Below, piece after piece: positions 1-13,794 of a stretch of DNA of 64,000 nucleotides. The first letter of the stretch is position 1, and each line of letters opens with the position of its first letter. The notes under the pieces were generated by a model. That model made no database searches. It had not been told where the DNA came from and saw only the letters and a program-made list of their open reading frames with translations. Source of the DNA: Bispira polyomma (Eukaryota); assembly GCA_965649765.1 (NCBI GenBank), contig OZ287755.1, positions 14,942,001-15,006,000 on the forward strand. Direction: 5' to 3'. The translations under genes were made by a program, and so were the position numbers.

Positions 1-56
1 GATAATTTGTTTCTCATTTCTAAGAACTGTCCATAAATTAGTACTACAGAAAAAAA

Positions 57-376
57 GAGGGAGAGAATGAATTGGCGCGTGTGTAAACATGTGACTTTGA
101 GATGTACAAATTAATAATGACAATCACAATAACAATCACAATAAATCTTTGAACTAAACAATTATTTTGATACAAATATTTGCATTATACATATAAATTT
201 ATCATTAGGCAAACGAGGGAGAGAGAATACTAAATTGGCACGTGTATGCCTTAAAACATATGACCTTATTAGCGTGTACAAATATAATGACTATCACTAC
301 AATAAATCATTGAACAATACAATTATTGCGATAGAAATATTTGTATTATGTACATAAATTTTTCATAAGGCAAACG
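57..376. repeat. Diverged tandem duplication, ~160-bp unit x2
   Basis: 57-215 and 216-376 align (GAGAGAAT..AATTGGC(G/A)CGTG...AATAAATC..TGAAC...AAATATTTG...AGGCAAACG). Confidence 0.8.
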
Positions 377-1752
377 TTGAGATATTTTTATATATATTAT
401 GTTCATATATATTCAAAACCTTAGATAGAATTAACAAAAACGACAAAAGACACAAAACAATTCAATAGCAAATAATTAAAAAAAAAAAAACAACACACAA
501 TCAAATAAAATAATACAGATTAAACCTATTAAATATTTTAAGAATTTATTAACTTTCGAATTGATAGAATTTTGAATATATTATGCAAATTTATGTAAAT
601 ATGTAAATTTACCATACATATCCCTTATATTTAGTGATGTATTACTGTTATTACTAAATACCTTTCACAATTTGATCATATCAATCCTTTTATCTCTGAA
701 GCTGTTTACATTTTATATTGAATTCACTTAACTAACTAAAAGGTACAAACAGCCTTTGCCATTAAAAAATTGCACTTATTTCTTTTCCTGAAATATATAG
801 AATGTCATTTACATTAATTTGTGAATTAAAATTCTGCTGTATTTTTTTTAACCTTTCATCGTTGTGTTGCCAATCTTCAAATGGGCAAATTTTCTGGCCA
901 ATCTCTAGTCCAGCATTTAAGCATTAAAAATTTGACGTTTGGAATGCCGCCTTTACTTCTTATAATTTTGTTATATACCTAAAATTTTATCTCCACAAAG
1001 GAGGCTATGTCTTCACACTCCCGTGACCTTTCGTTTGCCATCAAGGTTGGTGTAATAAGGGTTGTGCATTGGGTCAAGGTAGAATTCATTAAATGCTAGA
1101 GTTCATCATGGTAGAACGGTGGTTTTTGAATATGTATATGAATGTTAGAGATTTACATAGACATTAAACTAATATCCCCACACTTTTGCTTTCTTGGTGT
1201 TATGATATATAATAATCGAGGTCACACTGAAGAGCACCACTGCTGCCAATCTTTAAATGGACTAGTGTTTTGTTTTAAGCCAATCTCTGGTAAATAATTT
1301 AAGCATTTAAAATCTAACGTTGATCTGACCAATCTTAAGATGGGTTGGATTTCATCTGATTATTATTTATAAAATATTTTTTTACATAATTAGTTTATTA
1401 AGTATGGAACTCACGACATACTGTTTTAAGGCTGTATAAGAGGCCTGCAAGATATGATGGAGAGACAGAATGTGGGGTTACACCGGACCAAAACATTAAG
1501 CACTGGATTTACTGTTAGTATATTGTTAAACTTTAAGCACCTAACCACAAACAATAGACCATAAGAGCTTTATGTTAGCAAAATAGTATTTCCAATTGCC
1601 TGAGGAACATCTCTCAGTAATTTTTCGCCACTTTGTGCCACACTAATTTATATTGCTAAGTTGTACAAAATCTCAAAACTTAACATATATATATATATAT
1701 ATAAAGACTTGAATATTTCACAGCCAACATAACCCAACATAACGGGGTCTAT

Positions 1753-1934
1753 NNNNNNNNNNNNNNNNNNNNNNNNNNNNNNNNNNNNNNNNNNNNNNNN
1801 NNNNNNNNNNNNNNNNNNNNNNNNNNNNNNNNNNNNNNNNNNNNNNNNNNNNNNNNNNNNNNNNNNNNNNNNNNNNNNNNNNNNNNNNNNNNNNNNNNNN
1901 NNNNNNNNNNNNNNNNNNNNNNNNNNNNNNNNNN
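1753..1934. other. Assembly gap (N run)
   Basis: Run of N. Confidence 0.99.
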
Positions 1935-2732
1935 AAATATTTAGGGCATGGTGGAAGATGAAAGTATAATTTTAACATTTACCTCTTTTTCATAGCTGTG
2001 CAATTTTGGTCTCAAAATTCTTGCTATGTATGCACACTTTTTGCAGGCTTCTATTGAATCACTTCCCTAAGACAATCACCCTGTCTCAGTGTTATCCCTT
2101 TTTTGTCTTTAAAATCTTGTTAAAAAGTTTGCACAGATAGGAACTCCTTGGAATGACTTCTGGTACATAACACAGGAATTGTATCTTCAAAGTCACTGTT
2201 CTCATATATAAATCAACACAACAGTATCATAGCACATGCTTGACATATATATTATTACATCAGTCTTATTGAAATACCAGAGAATACCGTTTGTCTTTTC
2301 CAATAAGCATTTATGCAAAACTCATCTTTTTCCCCCTTTTTTCCAAAGAATCACAAGATTTCCTTATGTCTTCACAATAACCACTGATGCAAACCTCATC
2401 TGTTTGGCTTATATTTATACTTTCCCGCCTTTTTTTGTTTTTCTGCAGACAATTTTCCCAGATTATGTTTACATCACTTTTTTCCCCTGCAGAGTAGTAT
2501 ATTACCGTTTATTTTATCTACGTCACCACAAGGAAATACCATTTTTTTCTACACGGAAGTAATCAAATTACCCACTTTTTTGTTTCACTGTTACAGAAAG
2601 AGTCTATTGGCGAAACAATATTATTACTCATAAAACCTAACCCCCAAGCTGCCACTTGAAGTATAATACTAATTTATTGTAGTACACAACAGAATACATG
2701 GCATAAAAATATGGCCAAAATATTTACAGTAT

Positions 2733-2840
2733 GACTACCTAACCCTGTGAGGGAGGTTATATTTTCACCCATGCTGGTTGCTTCATTTGTTTGATTTGCA
2801 GGATTACACAACAAAACTACTCCACCGATTTACATGATAA
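2733..2840 (+). mobile_element. Helentron-associated (HINE/DINE-like) non-autonomous repeat fragment
   Basis: TACC..GGAGGTTATATTTTCACCC, GTTT-rich tract, GCAGGATTACAC..AAAACTACT..ACCGATTT motif. Related copies at ~5340-5450(+), ~6025-6142(-), ~48890-48980(+), ~50341-50495(+), ~59320-59415(-). Family assigned from recalled architecture only. Confidence 0.5.
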
Positions 2841-3119
2841 TTGCTTTGAAGGAATCAACCTATAGATTCAGCTGATTCTGCTATTGGGCTTTGAGAAGAT
2901 GCCTAGCATCAATAAAGCCACGTTGAAAATACATAATAAAATGGGCCAAGGAGGAATCTCAAATAAATTGAAAGCAAAATGGGCGGATCCAGCATTTTGG
3001 TTTTCACTTTTGGTGTTAATGTGGTGCCATGAATATGATAATGATAAGTGTGCCTTAACATCCATTATAATGGAGATTAAGCACTATAAAAGTTTGATTA
3101 CATTAGTTTGGCGTTCTGC

Positions 3120-3540
3120 TAAGTGTTCTTCTAGTATTGGCTTAATTTTATCAGACAAGCCTCTCTTTCACTTAATTTTGGCACTGCCACCCCTTGGTGG
3201 AGGTATGTGGCCGTCCAAGTAGCTCTTCTAATGTTGGTCCAATTTGAATTAGAGGAACACTTATTGGTCACTTTATTTTGTTTGGCACTGTGGGACCTTG
3301 GTGAAGGTATGTAGTCTACCAAAACTCCTTCTAGTGTTGATATACTTTGAATTAGAGGACACTCTTTTTGGTCACTTTATTTTGACACTGTTTGTACACC
3401 TTGGTGAAGGTATGTACTCTACTGAGTGCCCTTCAAGTGTTGATTTAATGTAAATAGAGGCCTATAGAGGAAGAGAGGGAACCCATTTTGCACGATATTT
3501 GGGCACTGTTACATTGCAGTATGCGGTCTACTGAGCGCCT
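3120..3540. repeat. Diverged ~100-bp minisatellite, ~4 units
   Basis: Recurring CTTCTAGT(G/A)TTG..TTAGAGG..GGTCACTTTATTTT..GCACTG..CCTTGGTG(A/G)AGGTATGT starting near 3121, 3218, 3321, 3424. Confidence 0.8.
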
Positions 3541-4379
3541 GTTCAGCACATTTTACCTTGTTTACTGAAAACCCTCTCTCAATGACCTAGAGAATGACTC
3601 TGCTAATTTGTTTATGTGAACAGTTGAGCCATAACTGTTATGCAAATGAAGCATTAAGCAGCATATACCCGGTAACCAGGAATCTCCAATGAGATTCCAA
3701 GCATCTGTACTCATTTCTCTGTCTGTTTTATTGTTTTTATCAATTTTTGTTTTCAAGTTTGATCTTAACCCCAATCAAAGTCCCAACATTTTGCACTAAT
3801 TAATCCCTGTAATAATTAATCCATTATTTCTTATCAATCTAACCAAAATCTAAATTTTCTATCATTTTATATTTCATGAGAAGATCTATTACATTATATG
3901 TAAGTAAGTAATACATTTGGATAGCCACTTGACTTTGTAACCTTACTGTTTTACATTTTCTTTTGCAGTTTCAAATTTGTAGGTTTTGGTCTTGGGAGGG
4001 TTCAATACAAACCCCGGATATAAACCGGCATTTGTAATGAACCACTTTTATTGAAGGTTTGGGTCTAAAAGGCTAAAACCTGTGTGAAAATCCCAACACA
4101 TAATTTGCCATTGCTTTTCTAAATCTACCAACTAACAGATGACTGTTTCATTGTTTCTCTGTTATGTAACTATATCTTTAAATTGTGATATCTTAAACTT
4201 GCTTAAACTGCTAAATCGTGTTCAGAAAGAGTAACCTACTGTGCTAAAATCAAAAATCGCATAAAGCAAAGGTGCTGACTTTTAAGGGACATCAAAGAGT
4301 CATTAATCATTAATAAAAAAAAATAAAAATAAATCTTGTCATAGCAACAAAGTAGCTCTGTTTGGGGTATGCCGACCTT

Positions 4380-4610
4380 TAGTTGTATTTAGTTGGGCTT
4401 TATATCACTTTCCACAGTATAAGCCATATAGCGAAGGCCATTTTAAATGGTGCAAGAAACCAGTGCTGAGGCCACTTTAAATCATCGACCTATGACAAGT
4501 ACTTGACAAACTATCCCAACAAAAAAGGAATTAACAGGATTAGAACTCACATTGGTAAAAGGTCTGTGATTGTGAAGTTAACAATACCAATCACTACTCC
4601 ACAGCACCTG
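4380..4610 (-). mobile_element. Old tRNA-derived SINE (family 2), degraded
   Basis: Reverse complement of the head (GTGATTGTGAAG) and tail motifs shared with other family-2 copies. A second SINE-like head starts on + at ~4640. Confidence 0.55.
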
Positions 4611-6984
4611 GCCCTCCCTGCACCAGTGATAAATATAAGGCGGCCTTCACTGGTGAGCAGCGGTAACACACCCACCTCCAAGCTCTGCAGCCGTTGGATC
4701 GAACCTTAAAAACCCTTGCATGCTTATGGGAAAAGTTGGCAGTAGACTGGCTAAAGGCCGATATACAGAGGAAAGAACATCCTTAAGCAACTCAATATTC
4801 TGCTCAGAATTCCTCACACCACTGAGCTGTTTGTATTGTGGTATGACACAAAGATGTGATTGAAAATGATGCTAAAACCGAAGATAAAGTAAACTAAACA
4901 TTTTGTGGTAAAAATGTTTATAATATTCAAAGTAGAGTTTAAAGAATAGTTGTGTCAGTTGTTTGCCACTATTAAGCTGATATGAACAAGCTTAAACAAA
5001 TTAAGTGAATTGAGGAATAAAAATAATTTGACCACTTTGACCATTAAGTAAACTTCTTCAACTTACAAAAGACACACAAGTAGGCATAAAATGAACACAG
5101 AAAACAACTCATACTCAACATCAAAACACTTTGTGTTATAAACTCTCTTTTTTTACCTTCACTTAATTACGTCGAGTGGGAGACGTTCAACAGTAACAAC
5201 AACATATATATCAATATATATCCAATCGGGGAGCAAAGCTGACTCAGATCAATGGAATCAAAATGTCACCTGTGGGACATATCAGAAATCAAGATGAATA
5301 GAGTTGAATCAATATTCTGAACTCACTGTTTAGCACCACATCAAAGAGGTTCTATTTTCTCACCCCCTGTCTGTTTGTTGATTTGTTTTGTTTGTTAGCA
5401 GTAATTACCCTTTAACTACTGACTCGATGTTGATCAAACTTGGTGGATAGTACAAATGAATTTACCTATTAAGTATTGCTTGTTACTCCTGTTGGGTTAG
5501 TTTGTAAGAAGCATACCAAAGACTATTTGACTGGTGTTTGCGGTGGGCTAGGGGTCATGGGGGACAAAAGAATCCCAAAACATTATGGTAGCAGGCATCT
5601 TCTAAAGCACAACAACAGAATCAATTAAACAAATGAGGAAGTGGCTGTGGTGACAGGGAAGAACACAATTGGGGTTAGCCAGTTTGAAGAGACAGGTTTT
5701 AGGTTCTCAACCCAGAATATGTTTTTACTGATTAAAGTTCTAAACTGTGACACTATTCCATAGCATAGGCTAGCAATTGAAAAAAGCTCTAGATCCAGCC
5801 TTCTCGGTGGGTTTAACAGATGTTTTTCGGGTTACTGAAAGCAGGATGAGTAGCAAGGTAGGTGGGCTGTTGAGAGAGACCACATATTTAAAAGTCTTAC
5901 AACCTAGTTCATTTAGCATTCTCTAAATAGCATAACTCCACTAACCCCTACAGTTTGAAAACATCAAAAAGAAATCCTGGGTCTTCCTTTCTTTTTGAAT
6001 CAGCTGTAAAACATTTGGTCACATCACTCCACCAAATTCAATGTGAATCAGTTCAGAAGGTTTTTTTTGTGAAATTCTGGTGGCAAACAAGCACACCCAC
6101 ACACGAACATAAACATCAAACTCTTTAATAACAGAGGTAATAACAAAACAGTATATTGAGTACAAAACACTAGACTTGACGAAAATACCACTTACTTTTA
6201 CAAATCATAATTAGCAAACATTTGTAAGGGTGGTCATTTTCTGTACTAATTAGCTGTACTGGTAACTGTGATGTAAAGGGTTCAATTAGTGCTTTCAAAA
6301 TTCAATCATAAGACAGAAAGTAGCCTGACAAATAAAGCCTTACATAAGACATGTTGTTACTATATGAGCGACAAGCATGTCATACGTTGTAATTAGCTAG
6401 TGCAGTTGAATACGTTTCTCTACAATTTTAATATGCATATTTACTGGGTTTTCAGATAACAACTACAAACTCTGTTCTTAGATCACACAAAAAACACACT
6501 TTGTTCTTGCATCACAAATAAGTGTGATTACAACTGAGACTTGTGCAGATGGATATGTAGATGTAAACACTAGGGATTCTACAAGCGATAGTGTTTCCTG
6601 AAGTATTCCTCCATGAGAATGGAGCGAATACCTTTACATCTAGAAATTCTAGATGCTTTTCTTAATATCCTTAACTAGTTCATATTTTTCATGTTCTGCT
6701 GTTAACCAAAGGGAAACGTTTAAAAGGCAACAGTGAATGGTTAAGTGGTTAGACGCATTAGCTTCACAATAACTGGTCTCTTACCAATTTGGATCCTCAA
6801 TCCCATTTGTTCCTTCATGTGGGAAAGTTTGCCTGGTACTTGGCAACAGAAATATTAGCAACTACAACTGTCACGGTCATCTGGTAGGTAACATACCTGC
6901 TTAGGAGCACAGATGCCATGGGTACAGGTTGATACATAGTAACTTAACATGGCAGTCCTCTATGATTGGATCGTTTTTACAGAG

Positions 6985-7187
6985 GATTTGAATTTATTTG
7001 AGCTTTTAAGTGGCTTTTAACATATCAGGTCATTTCATAACGGCCAGATTTAAAAGTTGAAGACATCAGTGCCGAAGACACAGTGAACTACCGGCCCATG
7101 GCAGATACCGGTCAAACTTTCCCAGATTGGTGAGAGGCCAGTGATTGTGAAGCAGGTGCTTCTGACCACTAAGCCACCAAGGCCCCC
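6985..7187 (-). mobile_element. Old tRNA-derived SINE (family 2)
   Basis: Minus strand: GGTGGCTTAGTGGTCAGAAGCACCTGCTTCACAATCACTGGCCTCTCACC..GGGAAAGTTTGACC..AAATCTGGCCGTTATGAAATGACC. Confidence 0.75.
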
Positions 7188-10100
7188 AATGGGCATAGTG
7201 GAGTGCTGATGAACTGGGGTAGTGATAACTTGGCCCTTTCCTTGTTTAGGGTGTTGTGCTGATTCTATGAGAGACCATTTACTGTTTACTGAAATATCTC
7301 TCCACGAGAATGCAGTAAATACAGACACCCTTGCATCATCCATCCAGTGGTATATTTTGAATATACTTCTTTCACTCGCCAGGTGGGGTAATATATGCCC
7401 ATTCTTTATATTTCTCTTTTATGATTCGTGGATCATTTGATAGTATTCATTTTCTGACCTATTTTAAGCATGGACATGGCTGTTCTCTGCAATATTACTG
7501 AAGGTCAACCCTCCTTCTAATTAATTGCTAACAAGGATGTTTTTGTCTTGTAATCAAAAGTTTACTGCCACTTCTCTTTATTTTCAACAAACTCAGGGAC
7601 AGCAGATATAACTGTACCAAACCACAGCATTTGATATAGAACCTGCACCACTTGGACAGCAGACTAATGGGGAGGTTTACATTAGGCTATACAAATGGGA
7701 AATTGCAGATTCTTCATAAGCAGTTTTATGATGCCTAGCTGGTACTTTAAACCTTTAGCTAAATAAACCTGTCTCGACTAATGCGCTATCTACAACCTGT
7801 ATTACACACACACAGAATAATGTGTTTTTACAGATTGATACCAATATTGAAGTGTTGCTCTTTTCTTAATGATAGCAGTAGGCTCAGACAAAACAGGCCA
7901 TTGCTTTTTCCAAGAAACTACAGGTCCTTGTGTGACCAAACCTTTGGATGTGATTTTGAGTTTGTATTCTGTCCTGCAAACCACCAGCCTTCAGCAAGAA
8001 TACTGCCAACTTATATTTCCCACAAGCGTGCTGTGAAAAATTGGCAGTAAACTATAAATTCCTCTGATGTACAGACAATTTAGTAAACAGTTTGCATATT
8101 GCTTAAATGTTACCTCCATTTAATCAAAAAAAATTACTCAAAACTATGACTCAAAAATGACCAGTAATAAGACTGCATAAAAGTCCCCTATATATCCCTC
8201 CGGAAGAAATATATGATAATTGTTTCAAGCTGACTAACTCCTACAACAACCTATTTTGTTTACCCAGGATTCAACTAACACAGAAAGCTCATTTTGGAAT
8301 AAAAAGAAAAATGTGCCAGTCAAAGCGATTCCTTTACTTTGGTAAAAGAGTCACAAGAAAAAACACCCCAAACTCTCTTGCATCAAATAGACTAAAAACA
8401 TATGTAAGATATGAATGTGTCTTTTTGTTAGTCAGATAAAAAAACCCCACAAAACTGGCCCCAATACACACACATATCACCTTTGTGTTCAAACAGCAGA
8501 TGTGACCTGTGTACATATTGGAAAGAAACCTTGGTTTAAGACTCTTTTACAAGATTACAGCACAAAATGCACCAATAAAAATTTGTAATTCATTATTTTT
8601 CTTTGTGGCAGAAAGACAGATATACATAATGCATGCCCCATACTAATAAAGCCTTTATCGAATAGAAAAGAGGTTGAAGTATCTCAATTGTTGGACTTCA
8701 CATGACATCCAATTGTCAATCAATCTCTCTATTAGGGACGATTAACCTAATCACAAAGACGGGGGTTGCGACAGAATACCAGCTTAAAACATCTAGTCTG
8801 GTGACTTTTATGAACTGAGAGAGATCAGTTAATCCATATTGGTTCAAAAAACTTCTGTGCTTTTGTTCTTGTGGGATTTTTTGTATCACAGACAATTTCT
8901 ATTTGACTTTGTGGACACAACTGTGAAACAAAATAATCATCTTTGATAAACACAGGGAATACAGTGTTTGGTAGCCACGAAAAAAATGTTATGCTTAAAT
9001 TTTTGTCATAAAAATTAAATTGGCTGACAATATTGTTTCCCAGAATCTGGTTGGCTGAGACAAAGAAAATTCTTAGGATTGCATTCTAAGAGTGTTTGTG
9101 AATACGGTCCCTGCTCTTAAAGTAGGGGAATATGTTAATGCAATTCACATTAATATGTCTACATTGTGTTGAAACTCTGCATTCTAAATTTTAAAAAGTG
9201 GACAAAGTTGCAGAGCAATTCAGTAATTAGATCTATCAACCAAACATGAAATATAGATCACTTGCTGTAAAATCCTTAGCATTCATTGTAAGTACACATT
9301 CATGGAATCGCTCACGTTTTTATGTCAGGCATAGCCTGATTTCATTTTTTTTCTGAAAAGGGTGCCGCCATTATAAAATATATTGTAAGGCTTTGGTCTA
9401 CTTTGGATATGCTTTTTTCACTCGCCAGGTGGGGCAATATATACCCCATCTGTGTATTCCTCATTTACAATTCGTGGATAATTTCATAGTATTTATTTCC
9501 TGACCTATTTTAAACATGGCTGTTCTCCATAATATGTCTGAAGGTCAACCCTCCTTTTAAATAATTGGTATTAAGGATATTTTTGGGTCTTGTTATGGAA
9601 CGTTTATTTCCCACTTGTCTTTATATTCAACAAATTTAAGGACGGAGCAGATACAACTGCACAAAAACCACAGCATGTTAAATAAAACCTGCATCATTTG
9701 GACAGCAGACAAATGGGGGTGTTTGCATTAGGCTTCTTCATAAGCTTCTTCTAAAGCAGTTTTTATGATGCATACATGGCCCTTTAAACCTTTAGCCAAA
9801 TAAACCTGTCTTCACTGATCAGCTATCTATAAAAAGTATTACACACACACACAGTAAAATGTGTTTTGACAGATTGATACCCAATGTAGGAGTGTGATTT
9901 TTTTCTTAGTGATAATAGTAGGCTCAGACAAAAAAGGGCATTGCTTGTTGCAATAAACTACAGTTACTTTTGTGACCAAATCTTTGGAGATGATTTTCGG
10001 TTTTCATTCCCATTCAGCTTAAGTTTACTCTACATATATTAGGCAAACCTTTTATGAACTTATGTTCAAACTGCTAAAACATATGTAATCCAGTAAGATT

Positions 10101-10963
10101 GAATTAAGCCCCTAATATGCACCCCAACCAAATATATATAAAAAATGTTTTAAGCTGACTAACTCTGACTAGAGTCTAAAAGAGATTCCTTTACTTCGGT
10201 AAAAGAGTCACAAGAAAAAACACCCCAAACTCTCTTGCATAAAATAGACTATAACATATATAAAAAAATGAATGTGTTTTTTTGGTACTCAGATAAAAAC
10301 AATCAAAACTGGCCCCCCATGCATACACATATCACCTCAGTGCTCCAACTGCAGATGTGACCTGTGCACATATTAGAAACAAAGACTCATTTACAAGATT
10401 ACAGAGCAACAAGTATTACTAAAAACTTTTTTTGAGATAGACAGAGCGATAGAATGCATGCTTCATACTAATAAAGCCTTTATCTAATACAAACAAGGTT
10501 GAAGTCTCTCAATTGTTGGACTTCATATGACATCCAATTGTCACATCAATCACTCTATTAGCGACCCTTAACCTAATCACAAAGAGGGGATATTTTTTTG
10601 CGACAGGATACCAGCTTAAAATGTCTAGTCTGATGACTTTTATGAACTGGAAGACATTAGTTAATGCACAGTGGTCAAAAGAAACTGTTGTGCTTTGTCC
10701 TTGTCTTTTTTGTCGCAGGACAATTTACATTTAAATTTGTGGACAAGTGTGGAACAAAACAATCATGCATATTGAGAATACAAGGTTATTCCTAAATATT
10801 TGTCTTAAAAAATGTATTGGCTTACCATATATCTATCGTTTCCAAGAATTTAGTTGACTTAGACTCAAATAATTCTAAGAATTCCATTCTAAGAATGTTT
10901 ATGAATGCATTCCCTGTCCTTAACGTAGGGGAATATCTAATGTTATTACAATAACATTATTTG

Positions 10964-11280
10964 TGGTCCCCATGATCTAGTGGTTAGGGAGTTGGTCTGG
11001 TGATCAGAAGGTCTCGGATTCTACCCCCAGTACCCGCTACTAGTTTCATTGGTGGGATAACAAACTTTTAGCAATATGTGTAAAAACATTTTCCTGGTGA
11101 CTTATATGAACACTAACAATGTCAGTCCTCTGTCTCTGGGTCCTATCCCCAGTAGCAGGCTAAATATCGCTAGGGATGTTGATAAATGGTCATCCTCAAG
11201 CCTCTCTCTTCATTTTGGGAAATGACAGTAAGTGATGAGTTGACTGTTACAGTCAGGAGTGGGTTAATTAGTGCTCTCTG
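10964..11280 (+). mobile_element. tRNA-derived SINE (family 3)
   Basis: A-box-like TGATCTAGTGG head. Internal GTCCTATCCCCAGT..CAGGCTAA..ATGTTGAT..ATCCTCAAGCCTCTCTC block recurs at ~52453-52525. Absent from duplication copy A. Confidence 0.6.
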
Positions 11281-11550
11281 GGGGCAGGGTGGCCTAGTGG
11301 TTAGCAAGCATTGTGCTTATTACCAATTATTGGTCTCTCATCTGTGGGATCGGCTGGCGTGGGTTCGACTTCCGTTGATGCCTATGCAGAAAAGGTGGTA
11401 GTTCCTTACTGTGGCCTGCTGGTTTCAGTGCGGACTCTTGATCAACTGTATGCAGTGTTTCCTCCAGCGTTTCCAACTAGTCGTTTTAATATAACCTAAA
11501 CAGGTACTAGAGTGAACGTTAAATATCCCAATTCATAAAATAAAATAAAT
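11281..11550 (+). mobile_element. Young tRNA-derived SINE (family 1)
   Basis: A box TGGCCTAGTGG, B box GGTTCGACTTCC, body highly similar to five other copies, A-rich tail. Confidence 0.9.
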
Positions 11551-12325
11551 GTTAAATAGTTAACGCTCTGAATACCAGTTGAAGGTAGAGATATTTGCTG
11601 AATATGAATCTGCATACACTAAAATACAACCAACATTAATATGTTTAATGTTAACAATACACCCTCTGCATGATGAATTTCAAAAGGGCAAAATGGCAGA
11701 CCATTACAGTAAGTAGATCTATCAATAAGAAAGGAAATATGAATCACTTTCTGTAACACCCCCAGTATTACTTACACCCTCCACATATACAAAATCCCTC
11801 CAAGTTTTTGGGGTTTTATTTTTATTCTGGCACCATTGCTAAATAATCCACAGGGGCCAATTACTTTTGATTTCAGGATTAAGTAGTAAGGTTTTTTTTC
11901 AGGTGTTTTTTCTAGCATGTAACTATTACTGTAAACTTCAGATTTAGAGGATTTTTTGCATAAAGCTATTTCTGGTGAAAAGTAAGCCATTTTTTTGGCC
12001 TCACCTTTATATATATTTGTGTTACACTTTATCACATTTCAAACAATACTTTTGATGCGTTTTACTCTATAAATAGTTTGTTTGTTTTTTTTCAGTTTAA
12101 TGTGCTTGCAACAAATTATTGAAACATAATTGTAATAATTGTCTAAATTATGGAATTAATAAAGCTCTCAAATGGTCATATGAAACCTGGTCATGTGGAA
12201 ATTCACAAGTCACATGCCTGCATATCTAATCGACACATCTAATTTCACATATCTAAATTCACAGTTCTGACAATTGGTTAAATGTTGTATATCTTGTATG
12301 CATTTTAAATTTATACTGGTAAATA

Positions 12326-12581
12326 TTTTGAATTTGAATTGAGATATTTAACGTCCACTCTGGTACCTGTTTAGGTTATATTGGTACGGGTAGTTGGAAA
12401 CGCTGGAGGAAACACTGCATACAGTTGATCAAGGTTCTGCACTGAAACCAGCGGCCCACAGTAAGGAACTACCACCTTTCCCACATAGGCATCGACGGGA
12501 GTCTAACTCATGCCGCCGAGAGGTGAGAGACCAGTGATTGTGAAGCACAATGCTTGCTAACCACTAGGCTACCGTGGCCCC
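12326..12581 (-). mobile_element. Young tRNA-derived SINE (family 1)
   Basis: Full-length copy with (AAATTC)n tail. 14-bp TSD TATACTGGTAAATA at 12312-12325 and 12582-12595. Confidence 0.95.
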
Positions 12582-13404
12582 TATACTGGTAAATAAGTAA
12601 ATAAACCCACTTACTATTGTTCCTACCCCTATGCCAATTTAAATACCTTATTAAAACTAACCGAACCTCGTCTATTTGTACATGTTTGCAATTTTTCATT
12701 GAAGGTCATTGGGAAAAAATTTGGCCTTGTTAAAGATGTGAAGAGTTGGCAATAAATTTTGATAGTTATTAGAAGCAGATGCAATGCTGTGAATTTCAAG
12801 GCTATATACACAAATAAAACCTTATAAAAATGGTAAAAATAAAGTGAAAATCAGGTTTATAAACGGGAACAATTTATATGGCATGGTTGCGGATGGATGA
12901 AGTCATATTAGCATCCTATTACTAATCAATTGCTAATGGTACGTTATAACATTGCTAATGTTACATGTTTTTGTGTCAAATCGTATTAGGCAGTTTACTG
13001 GGGGAAGAAATCAAAACAGGGCAATTGATCAACTTTTCTGTAAGCCAACAAGTTTCCCACATAAACATTAGAGCCTTTATTCGAACCACCACAGCAGACG
13101 TGGGGGACAGGTGTGTAATGGCCTGGTCACACCTACACGTGCTAACGTCCCCCAACGTACCTAAGCAATATACACTGAAAACGTGGTAGTATTGTATCAA
13201 AGTGACGTCATTTCCATAAAGGGGGTAGTCGATTGTGACGTTTTGTGACGTTTTTGTGACATCTCATGACGTTTTGTGATGATGTTGGTACTTATACACA
13301 CAGGGAGCAGGGACAAAAAATGGGCCCTTTACTGGTAGGATATCATTACTTACTACTAGGTGTAGCTACTGTCCTGCTACTTACTGGTGCGTTCTGCTTC
13401 GTTC

Positions 13405-13625
13405 TGATGTCACTGCTAGCATAGCCTGACAAGTCAGTGGCAAAAATTCCATACTTTACTGTAAACCCTCTCTTAAAATTGTTTACTTGGCTACCCCAAT
13501 TAAACATCGCACACTTAGGCTAAGCGACCAATTACCTTCCTTCATAGCATAGCTCTTCCCGCCTGTTCTTACAAATTTACCATTATTAAGTTGCAAGTCA
13601 AAGAAGCAACATACACATTTTTCTC
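13405..13625 (+). repeat. Split direct repeat A1
   Basis: Differs from A2 by 1 substitution and 1 indel over ~221 bp. Confidence 0.97.
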
Positions 13626-13633
13626 AGCCCAAA

Positions 13634-13646
13634 GCGGCCATATTGG
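13634..13646 (+). promoter_or_regulatory. YY1-like motif just 3' of A1 (candidate internal promoter element)
   Basis: GCGGCCATATTGG resembles the YY1 consensus GCCGCCATNTT. GCCATATTGG recurs at 19470-19479, at the start of B2. Confidence 0.35.
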
Positions 13647-13794
13647 ATTTTTAGTGTGTTTTGGAAGAATACTTGGTTATTTTATATGTTCTGGCTTATA
13701 TTACACTTTGTTTTTACGTGTTTTTAGTGTTTTATTACTGAAGTCACATTATAGCTCCATTCTTGGAAGCTTATACTTGGACCTTATCAGTAAA

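Larger units (their letters stand above)
7357..11770 (+). repeat. ~2-kb tandem segmental duplication (copy A ~7357-9295; copy B ~9402-10962 plus ~11640-11770)
   Basis: Colinear similarity, e.g. TTCACTCGCCAGGTGGGG at ~7371/9417, GTAAAAGAGTCACAAGAAAAAACACCCCAAACTCTCTTGCAT at ~8342/10199, AGATCTATCAA at ~9229/11714. Copy B is split by SINE insertions. Confidence 0.9.

Noticed and set aside
1431-1513. Possible + strand exon (TTTTAAG|...ACT|GTTAGT)
   Set aside because: Weak splice sites, no recognisable peptide and no partner exons.
1718-1978. ORFs spanning N runs (also 39799-40167)
   Set aside because: Gap artefacts.
11186-11499. Short ORFs with KVVVPYCG..DQLYAVFPPAF (also 20887, 52077)
   Set aside because: Incidental translations of SINE family 1.
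13591-13794. TTG-initiated 68-aa extension of ORF1 in the ORF track
   Set aside because: Starts inside repeat A, is low-complexity T-rich, and the eukaryotic context favours ATG 13795.
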